64,000 nt of DNA, taken from assembly GCF_009914755.1 (NCBI RefSeq), contig NC_060934.1; one strand, written 5' to 3'. Position numbers and translations under genes: made by a program. This DNA comes from the human T2T-CHM13v2.0 reference genome, Homo sapiens. Shown piece after piece: positions 50,995-64,000 of this stretch. Under the pieces are notes generated by a model. It had not been told where the DNA came from, did not search any database, and saw only the letters and a program-made list of their open reading frames with translations. The number at the start of each line of letters is the position of its first letter. Position 1 is the first letter of the stretch.

Positions 50995-53460
50995 TTTAAA
51001 ACTATGTATTCTGAAATAATTATAGATTTACAGGATGTTACAAAAATACTACAGAGGTACAGTATACCTCTCACCCAGTTTCTCTCAATGGTTACATTTC
51101 ACATTACTATAACATACTAAAAACCAGGAATACCTGTACAATGTGTATCATTCTATGCCATTTTATCACACATACATTTCTGTAATCGCCACCAAAATCA
51201 AGATGCAGAACCATTCCACTGCAATAAAGATCTCATGCTACCCATTTATAGTCACACTCAGCTTCCTTCCTCTCGCTATTCCTAACACCTAACACCCACT
51301 AATTTGTTTTTCAGCTGAAAAATTTTGCCATGTTACCTACATGGAAACATACAAGTCTTTTGAAATTGACATTTTTTACATGGCTTAATGCCCTTAAAAG
51401 GCATTCAAGTTATTGCAAGTATCAATAGTTCACTCCTCCTCATTACTAAGTAGAATTCCATGGTATGAATATAATATTATATAATATTCCATGGTTTGTT
51501 TAGCAATTTCACCTACTGAGAGGCACTTTGGTTGTTTTCAGTTTTGTACTATTATAAATAAAGCTATCTTTAGTCTCAACCTATCTATATTGTTGTCTGA
51601 AATCACTTCCTATAAACAGCACAGTGTGTCATTTTTAAAATTCACTCTGCACATCTGTCTTTTAACAGATGAATTTAGGTCATTTATGTTTAATGTAGTC
51701 TTTGATATGTTGAAACTTAAATCTGTTATTTCATTTTATTTCTTTTATCTGTTTTCTTTTCCCTTCCTCCTTATGGGTTACTTGAACATAGTTTAAAATT
51801 CCATTTTTGTTTATCTAAAATGTTTCTGACTGCATCTCTTTGAATAGATTTTTTTTAAAGTAGCTGCTGAAGGACTGCATTACATATAACTTACCAACAT
51901 TTACTGGTGTCAACATTTCACCAGTTCCAGTAAAGTGTAGACTTTACCTTCCTTTAAATTCCTTTACCCTTCTCCATTTATAATCTTCAATATTTCCTCT
52001 ACATACATTGATAACTATACTATTTTACAATATTTGAAAACAGTGAAAAAAGTCAAACATAATTTACAACACTCAAAAAAGTTTTTAAAAAGTCTATTAT
52101 ATTTACTATATTTTTACTCTTTGTTGTTCTTTCTTCTTTCCTGATGTTCCATGATTCCTTTTTTTTATAATTTCTTTTCTGTTTCAGGAAATTTCTTTAG
52201 ACATTACTTTATGTTAGGTCCACTGATGTCAAGTTCTGTTTTCCTTCACCTGAGAACACTGTGGTTTCCTCTTCCTTTCTGAAGAATATCTTAATTGGAT
52301 ATGGAATTCTGGGTTGACAATTCTTTCCTTAGTCCTCAAAATTTTGTGTCACTTCTTTCTGGTCTCCATGTTTGCTGCTGAGAGATCCGTTGTCATTCAA
52401 ACTGTTTTTCTGTATAGGCATTGTGTCATTTCTCTCTTGCTGCTTTCAAGATTTTTTCTTTGCCTTTGGTTTTAAGAAATGTAATTATAGTATGTCTTGG
52501 TATGAATTTCTTTGGGTTTATCCTACTTAAGTTTTGGTCAGCTTCTTGAATCTGTAGATTTATGACTTTTGTCAAATTTTGGAAGTTCTCAGCCATTATT
52601 TCTTTGAATATTTTTTCAGTCCCACCCTCTTTCCCCTCCCTTTCTGACCACACAAAGACACAAATGTTATATCTAAACTCTGGGTTTTGTTTTTTCATCT
52701 ATTTTCTCACTGCTGTTCAGACTGAGTAATTTCTCTTAATTTCTTCCAAGTTCACTGATTCTTTCCTCTATCATCCCCATTCTCCATTAAACCTGTCTAT
52801 TCCATTTTAAAAATTCAGTTATTATATTTTTCAGTTCTAAAATTTCCATTTGGTTTCTCTGGATAGTTTCTTTTTCTTTGCTGGGACTTTCTGTTTTTTT
52901 CATTTGTTTCAAGTATGTTTATAATTGCTCAGCCTTCTTGTGATGGCTACTTTAAAATAATTGTCAGACAATTCACATCTGTATTCTCCTGGTGTCTATT
53001 GATGTTCATTTTTCATTTCAGTTGAGATTTTCCTGATTCTTTTCTGGTCATGAGGGACATTTTGTTGAAATTTGGATATTTGGGGTATTATAAATCTTTA
53101 GATCTTATTTAAATCTTCAGCCAGAGCAGGCCTTCTGTGATACTGTGCCAGCAGGGGAATGGGATAGCTACTTCATTACCAGCAATTGAGGGTAAAAATT
53201 CATGTTCCCCAGTCAGCCTTTAGTACCCAAAGTGGAAAGTGAGAGAGGTACCTCGATAGTGCTGGGTTGGGGTGAGAGTTCCAGCTCCCCACTAGGTCTT
53301 TACTGATACCACTTTGGTGCCATGTACTCTCCTAGGGTCCCATAGTCCCTGCTGGTCAGTGGTCTTCTACCTTTCAGAGTCTTATGTTTGTTTTACATAC
53401 AAGGTCCCCTGTTTTTCACTGTAATTAGTGGGAAGGACAGACAGAAGTGCCTATTCAACC
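50995..53460 (-). mobile_element. Old L1 remnants (3' UTR plus ORF1/5' region)
   Basis: ORF 52426..52698 gives L1 ORF1p-like EIMAENF...NLQIQEA...PRHTII...KEKILKAAREK. Confidence 0.8.
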
Positions 53461-54835
53461 ATGTTAAACCTAAAGACATGAAACCTTAAGTGTCTTAACA
53501 AGCTGACACGTCTCCTTTGGGTATCCATCTTTGTCTTTTAAAACTGACATGAGTGGCTGCTGCAGTGCTCTGCTGACAAGCTTTACAATATTGCTTATTT
53601 ATCTGATGAAGCATTATTGCACTGTACTTCTTCACAACTGTCAACACTCCAGACCTATGTCTAATGCTGCTTTGGAAACACAAAAAGGGAACCTAAAAAT
53701 GTCATTTAAGAACATAAGCGACTCAACTACTGTTTGAGATGGAATGCATAATCTAAAATATCACCATGACCTTATAACCTGTACAATGCAAACTGGGATG
53801 CAAGTAGGGAAAAGTTATTTAAGATGTACATCATTTCTTAACTTCAAGAAAAGCAAGAGCCATTGGTCAAATCTTCTATAACAATTAAAGAAAAATAAAC
53901 ATACATTACTTATTATGATGATAATGATGATTATAAGGGAGGTAAGCATTTACATGATGGTAAAAAAAGAAAGTTGTATTAAATTCTCCCACAAGTAAAA
54001 CCCTGCCCTCTACTGGATAGTCTGCATAGATAATTACATACAGCAAGTGTTTTGATCTGTGCGTGTGCGCGTGTGTGTGTAGCAACTTTTTATTCTAGTC
54101 CCACAAATTGGCTGTATATATATGTAATATATATTATACATATATTTCAGTCAAAATTGATACAATAAATTTCAAAATTATACTGCTATTTTGCCTATCT
54201 CCTTTCCTTAGATTATAGATATGTTCATTCATTCGATTGGCTGATAAACAAATACCTGAGGAACTATTATGTCTCAGGAATTGTGCCAGAAGATGACAGA
54301 AGAGTAAACAGTTAACAGACGTGGTCACTGACCTCATGAATCTCATGGCACAAAGCCCTATCCTCTCCCTGTGACCCCCAATACATCAGCCCTAACCTAG
54401 GAGGGCAGTAATAACTGCAACCACATCATAGTGACTGTGGACAGGCTATTTTTTTTTCTTCTCTCCACAAATAGAAACAAGCTACTAAAATAAAGGAACT
54501 AAATCTGCCAAACATCAAAACGTTATAAATATTTAAATATCTACAAACATCCAAACAGAAAAGAGATATTTACTTATTTCTTCTTTCTTTGAATATCTGA
54601 TTAACTACATACATCTGTTAAATGTGCTCTAATATTTATGAAAGACATATTTATACATGACTAAGTACCATACCTGACATATGGAAAGTATTAAATATTG
54701 ACTACTGAACTTTGAATTAATAAGTGAAATCTGTAGCTCGCAAAATGAGAAGACCAGTGTTATTTCAATAAAAGAAAATATTTCCATAGATCTTTTTCAA
54801 ACAGTTTAGGGCAAACAGCTTTAAAAAAGTAATCA

Positions 54836-55205
<370 letters not shown>

Positions 55206-55357
55206 CTATTGGTCTAAACCTAGTTAGATCCTAAAAAAATTGTGAAAAGTTACTAACAATCCTCTTTAATAAAAAAAAAATGAAATCTATATGAAACGTC
55301 TAGGATGTGAAATTTTAGACAATTTTTCAATAAGAAGTACACCACTCCAAAAGCTAA

Positions 55358-55708
<351 letters not shown>

Positions 55709-55802
55709 GTAATACTGAAGATGAGTGATGGAAACAGGGAGGTTCATTACCCCATTTTATTTTTGTGTATGTCTGAAATGCTTCTTTAAAAAAAAATTTC
55801 CT

Positions 55803-55865
55803 GGCCGGGCGTGGTGGCTCACACCTGCAATCCCAGCACTTTGGGAGGCTGAGGTGGGTGGATCA
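55803..55865 (+). mobile_element. Alu 5' fragment (~63 bp)
   Basis: ggccgggcgtggtggctcacacc...gggtggatca then unique sequence. Confidence 0.82.
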
Positions 55866-56593
55866 ACTATGTTCCTAATAGTAACATAACCAATATTTAT
55901 ACCTAAGTTTCTTTTTCCTTTTACATAGGTGCATTTATCAGTGGAAATTATGTTGCTCAATTTAGTATTTTTTCTCACCAAATATGACAAAAAGGCATTT
56001 TTTACATCACTAAAGGCAAAATGTTTTTTAAAATGTCATGTATTTTCACTGAAGAAAATTAATATAAACAAAAAGAAAAGAAATATTACCCACAAGCCCA
56101 CTGCCAAGATATCCTCTTCTCAGATATAAACAGATGCGTATTTCCTCCCCAAACTTCTTCTGAGAACTTAGGTGTGTGTGCATATAAACACACAGTTTTG
56201 TGTTACCTTAATTTTTAAAATATTATATTTTTCTACAACTTGTTTTTGCCTTAAGAGAAAGCCTAAAAAGTCTTTCCGTATTATACAATGACAAATGCTA
56301 CACAGTATTCCAAAGTAGAGAAGTACAATAATTTTTGTAATCATTCCCCTTTGAGAACCATTTTTCCCAACGTTTTTAAAAATTTCAAAAATATGGTGAA
56401 GTTAAAATAACTATACACTGAATACCCAAATACTATTTGGTTTCTATGATTAACATTTTATATTTGCTTTTGTCATGTTGTCATCAGTCCATTCTTCTGA
56501 CCACATATCAATGCATTTTTTAATGCGTTTTGAGGTAAGTTGCAAGCATTCCACCCCATCACTTCAGTTTGCATATCAGCAACTAGAGTTCAC

Positions 56594-56728
56594 GCCAGGC
56601 ATGGTGGCTCACCCCTGTGATCCCAGCACTTTAGGAGGCCAAGCCAAGTGGATCACTTGAGGTCAGGAGTTCAAGACCAGCCTGGGCAAGATGATGAAAC
56701 CCCATCTCTACTAAAAATACAAAAATTA
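56594..56728 (+). mobile_element. Alu left arm only
   Basis: Ends at ctactaaaaatacaaaaatta and joins antisense L1. Confidence 0.85.
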
Positions 56729-57299
56729 TTTTATTGTATGAATACACCCACAATTTGTTTATTCATTCTCTTGTTGATAGATACCTGGGCTGTCCCCAGG
56801 TTTTGGCTATTATAAGTAAAACTGCTATAAACATTCTTCTACAAATCTTTTTGTGTGCATATATTTTCATATCTCATAGGTAGGTATAGAAAGAAATGAA
56901 ATTAATGGGTAATAGGGTAAGTATATGTTCAGTTTTCTAAAAAACAGCCAGACCTTTTTCCAACATTGTAGTACATTTTAAACTCCCAACAACAAAGTAT
57001 GAGAGTTGCAACTGCTCCATATCGCTACCTACATTTGATCTTTTAGTCTTTCTAGTGCCTGCAGGCTAATATCTTTTCTAGTTATAACTGGCATTTCTCC
57101 AGTGACAAATAATATCAAGCATTTTTTAATGTGCTTATTGGCAATTTGTATACCTTCCTTTGTGAAATCCTTTCAAACTCTTGCTCATTTTCTAGTGAGG
57201 TTGGCTGTCTTTTTATTTTTCAATTGTAGTTCTTTATATATTCTGGATACATGTCCCTTGTCAGATAAACATTTTGCAAATATTTCTCCGTCTTTTAAA

Positions 57300-58135
<836 letters not shown>

Positions 58136-58553
58136 TCCCTGTCTTTAGCTTGCCTATTTTCCTAATGTGTTTTCGTCACAAGTATTTATAAGTTTTTTTC
58201 TTTTATAGCTAAGGTTTCCCATTAGCTATAAAAGCTGTAGGTCCTAGGAAATCTTTGTCGACTCCTAAGCTACAAAGATGTTTTCCTCTAGAAGCTTTAT
58301 AGTTTTTGCTTTTTCAGTTAGAATTTAGAATTATTTTCTATGTATAGTATGTGGGAAGGGGCAATTTTTTTTCTTTAAGCCCACATGGAAATCCAGTTTC
58401 GCCAACACCATTTGTTGAAAAGACACTTCTTTTCCCTTGTTGTATTGCTTTGGCACTTTTGTTGAAAACCAAATGACTGTATAAACATGGGTCTGTTTCT
58501 GGGTTTACTACTTGGTTCCACTGATCAATTTGATTGTTATGTCAGTATCATAT

Positions 58554-58998
58554 TGTATTCATTTCCTTGAGCTGCTGTGACAAAGAACCACAAACCAGGC
58601 GGCTTAAAACAACAAAAATGTATTATCTCACAGTTCTGGAGTCTAGAAATCTGGAACCAGTTGTTGGTAGTATCACGCTCCCTATGAAGGCTCTAAGGCT
58701 CTTCCTGGCCTCTTCCTAGCTTCTGGTGGCTTCTAGCAATCCTTGGGGTTCCTTGGCATGCAGATACATCAGTCCAATCTCTAACTCCATCATCATATAA
58801 GCGTTTTCCCTCAGTGTCTTTGTCTCTGTGTCCTTTCCTTCTCTCATAAGGACACCAGTCATTGATTTAGGATACACCATAATCCAGTGTGGCCTCATCT
58901 TAACTAGTTACATCTGCAAAGACTGTATTTCCAGATAAAGCCACATCCTGAGAGTCCAGGTGAACATTAATTTGGGGGGACATTATTCAACTCACCAC
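58554..58998 (-). mobile_element. MaLR solo LTR (MLT1B/C-like)
   Basis: gctgctgtgacaaagaaccacaaacc...ggcttaaaacaac...ctcacagttctggag...catctgcaaagactgtatttcc. Confidence 0.8.
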
Positions 58999-59200
58999 AC
59001 ATACTGTCTTGTTTACTGTAGTCTTATTGTAAGTATCCAAAGCAATTCACGTAAGTCTGCAAACTCTGCCCTTCTTATTTACAATTTCTTTGTAAATAAG
59101 GGTCCTTTGTGTTTCCATATAAATTTTAGTAATCAGCTTTGCATTTTCTACAAAATGCCTGCTTGGTATTATGATTGGAACTGCATATAGGGAGAACTGA

Positions 59201-59501
<301 letters not shown>

Positions 59502-59787
59502 GAGAACTGATATCTTAACCACACTGAGTCATCCGGTCCATGAGCATGGTAGATATTCTTTTATTCAGGTTTTCTTCAATTTCTCCCAGCAATGTTTTAC
59601 AGTCTTCAAGATACTGGTCTTACACATTTTTTGTTAAATTTATTTCTAAGTATTTTATGGTTTTTTAACACTATTTTTAATGAAATTTTTAAAATTTCAT
59701 TTATGGTAAGTATATAAAAATATAATGATTTTTGTATACTGACCTTATGTCTTGCTAAATAAATTAGTTCTAATAGTTATTTTTTAG

Positions 59788-60402
<615 letters not shown>

Positions 60403-61510
60403 TGAATGGTTACTAAATTTTGTCAGGTGCTTATTCTGCATTTATCACAATAATCATACAGCTTTTAAAATATAAATCCAATCCTGCATTTCTGAGATGA
60501 ACTCTGCTTAGTAATCATGTATTATCCTTTTTACATATTTCTAGATTTCATTTGCTAATATTTTATAAAATCTTTGTCACATACTAGTATGAGAGGTATA
60601 TATATATGGCTTTATAAATGAGTTGGAAAGTGCTCCCTCCTCCTCTCTTATTTGAGTTTCTGTGAACTTAGTATTATATCTTCCTTAAATGTTTCGGAGA
60701 ACTGATCAGTGAAAACATCTTGGTCCACATAGTAACCAATGTTTAATTAGGCATATTTTACTAGGTATTAATCCTTTGTCTCATATATGTTAAAATAGTC
60801 TCCCCTGTCTGTCATGAAACCACTAGTTTTATTATTTTTATTTTTTAATATCTAGAATATAGCATACTTGAGCCCCTTTTTCAGTTTTATCTTTATCCTT
60901 TCGGTTGCTTGTTTGCTACTGTCCAGTGATACTTAACCATTTGCACCTCCCTAATGTACCATACTGACTTCATTAAATACTATGATCAAATCACAACCTT
61001 TTGAACCTATTTTCTTACTTATAAAATGAAAATATCTTGCAGAGATGTGGTCAGAATTATAAGCTTTTCAACAAATAACAGCTAGTATTATGATGATGAT
61101 GATGCATTATTTTACCCTCTGCCTTGTTTAACATTTTACTACCATTAAACCACGAATTATGCTTCAGGACTCAGTTCCCATCTCCCTGGGAAGCCTTCGC
61201 TGATTGCCTGACTGCCCCTTACTCTATGACTCTAGAGCCAAATGTACATACTTGTATTAGAACACTTACTGCGGTTATTACAATTATTTATCTGCATTTC
61301 CTGTCCTCTGATCTGTGAAACACACAAATTTAAACATCTTGTGGCCCCCCAGTACTAAGCATAGTATTTAGTGCTCATTATTTGCTGAATAAAGAGTTGA
61401 TAAAACCAAAAACATTGCATTTTATCTTCAAAGTATCCTTGCAAGATAGAAAGGATAAGGGCATCTAGAGAGACTAAAGCTCCAAGAAATAAGCAATTTG
61501 TCCACATTCA

Positions 61511-61855
<345 letters not shown>

Positions 61856-62089
61856 TCACAAGGAAGGATATAAAAGAAATACTGGCCAAGAAACTGGAAG
61901 ACTAGTTATAGGCCTAGATCGGCATTTACTCTCATATTAACCACAGAAAAATCCCTAAATTCTTTATTTCCTCATCCATAGTAAGGATAATTCTACTATA
62001 ACTTTAACTTACAGAGTTACGAAAGCTTTCAGATATAATAGTGTTTTATGAATTCTAAAGCTCCATATAAAAAGTATTAATGTCTAATG

Positions 62090-62860
62090 GGCCAGTAATT
62101 CACAAACTTTCTGGAGCCTCCTTCTTCTTTGATCACCCCCATATCAATTAACTGCCAAGTCCTATATTGATTGATCCAGCAGGATCTCACATATTTATTA
62201 CCTCATCTTAATCACTACTAAACTACCCTCAGCCCTCATCCAGTCTCATCAAGATTACTACAATAATCTAACTGCTGCCCTGCTGATAGCCCACCTTCAG
62301 TTTCTGCCCAAGTAGACTATGATGTGCTTCTGCTCCACTTCAAAGCTTTCAATGGCTTTCTGCTGCCTTTTCAATACAGAACAAATCCCTTGAACTAACA
62401 GTCAAGCTCCCTTACCCTAGATTCTTATCTAGTCTCATTCAGCACATATATATAACATACACACACTCACAAACTCTACCTTCTGTGCAGCCTACATACT
62501 AGAAACTCAGAAATTCATTTTTCTATAGCATCTGTTTGTGCTGCTACAGATACGATCCTGGAATATCTTTCCTTCTTAACTCCAAAACTTATCCAACCTT
62601 TTGATCTTGCTCAAACAATAGTTTGCTTCAAGTCTATCCAAATTTACTCTCCAGCTAAAAAGTAATTCTCCCTCTTGTAATTTATTTGAACTTTTTTTCA
62701 CAAGACACTTAAGACTTTCTGCTTTCTGTTGTTATTTATGAACGTGCCTTCTAGCCCTTACTAGAAGCTCCTTTAAGACAAGATTTATGATTGATTCACC
62801 ATTCCTACAACAGTGGTGTTCATATGTAAAACTGTCAATAAAAATATGTTAAATTAACTG
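62090..62860 (+). mobile_element. L2 remnant
   Basis: ctagaagctcctttaagacaaga...tcaataaaaatatgttaaattaa 3' end; diverged. Confidence 0.5.
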
Positions 62861-64000
62861 ACACTTTCTATCTGGATTAGCTGATTTTACAAAGCTCATC
62901 CTCCTCCTCTCCATTGCCTTTCAGAATCTCTATTACTTAGCAAAAATATTATAGTTTTCTTTTGTGTAAGTTGATTAAACTGTCTATAGGCTAAGCTTTC
63001 TATACTGGAACTACCTCTAAGTTTTCCCAACTCTAAAGCACAAGCTCACATTTCAAAAATTAAAAGTACAAAAACATTAAATGTTAGAGGAAAAACAATC
63101 ATACTACTAAATTATGTAAGGGTAAAAAAATCAACTGGAGAAGGTGAAAGTTTCTAACATTTATCTGTGCACAACTCAGGCTGACACTTTGAAGAGAAGA
63201 ATGTGACAGCTTACAAGAAAACAAACTCACTCATTCCCCTTAATTTCTGAAGGCTCATGAAAGTCTGACAGGCCAGCCACAGGGTGATCTCTCATGTGTA
63301 TCGCCCATGACAATTATGGCTTCAATAAAAATGGTCTCTATTTTTAATAAACTCCAACTGGTTTTCAGGAAATAGCCAGGCTAACATGGTCATATTTAAG
63401 AAGGCATATTTCACCAATTAGCAGCTAACTTATTTAGTTCATGGACCTAAATAAGACTGTGCATGGAGAGGTACAAAATCAGTGTGGTAGCAGAGGGCAA
63501 GGTGGTGTGAAAGGCTGAGTCCAGGGTTCAGCTGTGGTGACACATACAAATGGCTGTGCTGAGGATCACCTTGCCCCTCTACTTTCTTTTGGTTTGATTT
63601 GGTTTTCCTCTTTAAACAGCTATTAAGAGTCTCCCTATGAATTTTCAAAGTGTTTATGACTCAAATCTGGGAAATACTGATAAAAATCACAGCTCATTAT
63701 AAGCATTTGAAATGATTTGCCCTAACGATAGATAAATGAAATATAACGAGTTTTTAAAGTACTCTGTAATTCACACTGGAAATAACCTGCAGTTGTCCTT
63801 ATATTAATTTGACAGTTGCTTAATATGAAATAATCGGGCTGCTATACAGACACTTTGTTTCCTCCCCATCAAGGATTGCCAGCAGAAGGGGGAAAAGAGG
63901 AAAAGAAGTGCTAAGCAATGAAACCTCCTTTCATTTTTAGTCTCCACTCCTATGGCCCAGCTCTTATCAGCTAGTGCAGGACGAAGGAGGAGGAATGAAG

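Noticed and set aside
52426-52698. ORF with similarity to a real protein
   Set aside because: Decayed L1 ORF1p fragment, not a host gene; likewise 59784..60026 is an L1 ORF2 fragment.

Overview
Primate (most likely human) genomic DNA: AT-rich, intronic, dense in Alu, L1, L2, MIR and LTR remnants. The minus strand carries six spliced exons, all with intact AG/GT boundaries and matching phases (49096-49004, 43630-43473, 33352-33273, 29164-29104, 25429-25354, 21234-21087). Together they translate to the catalytic region of poly(ADP-ribose) glycohydrolase (PARG residues ~580-784, exons 8-13 in the numbering I recall), including the GGG-X7-QEE catalytic loop. An in-frame TGA at 43528-43526, several substitutions and the absence of the next PARG exon in the 21 kb downstream indicate an unprocessed, 3'-truncated duplicate (PARGP1-like, 10q11 segmental duplication), not PARG itself. 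None of the listed six-frame ORFs looks like a real gene. The most unusual structure is a ~3.5 kb composite array at 2379-5865. It holds about 19 'mini-Alus' of ~50 bp (only the two Alu termini fused), three full copies of one parental Alu and 8-bp Alu stubs, all separated by variable (ATTTC)n spacers. It shows higher-order periodicity and ends in an inverted Alu-Alu junction. Repeat subfamily names and PARG residue comparisons come from memory, not from a search.
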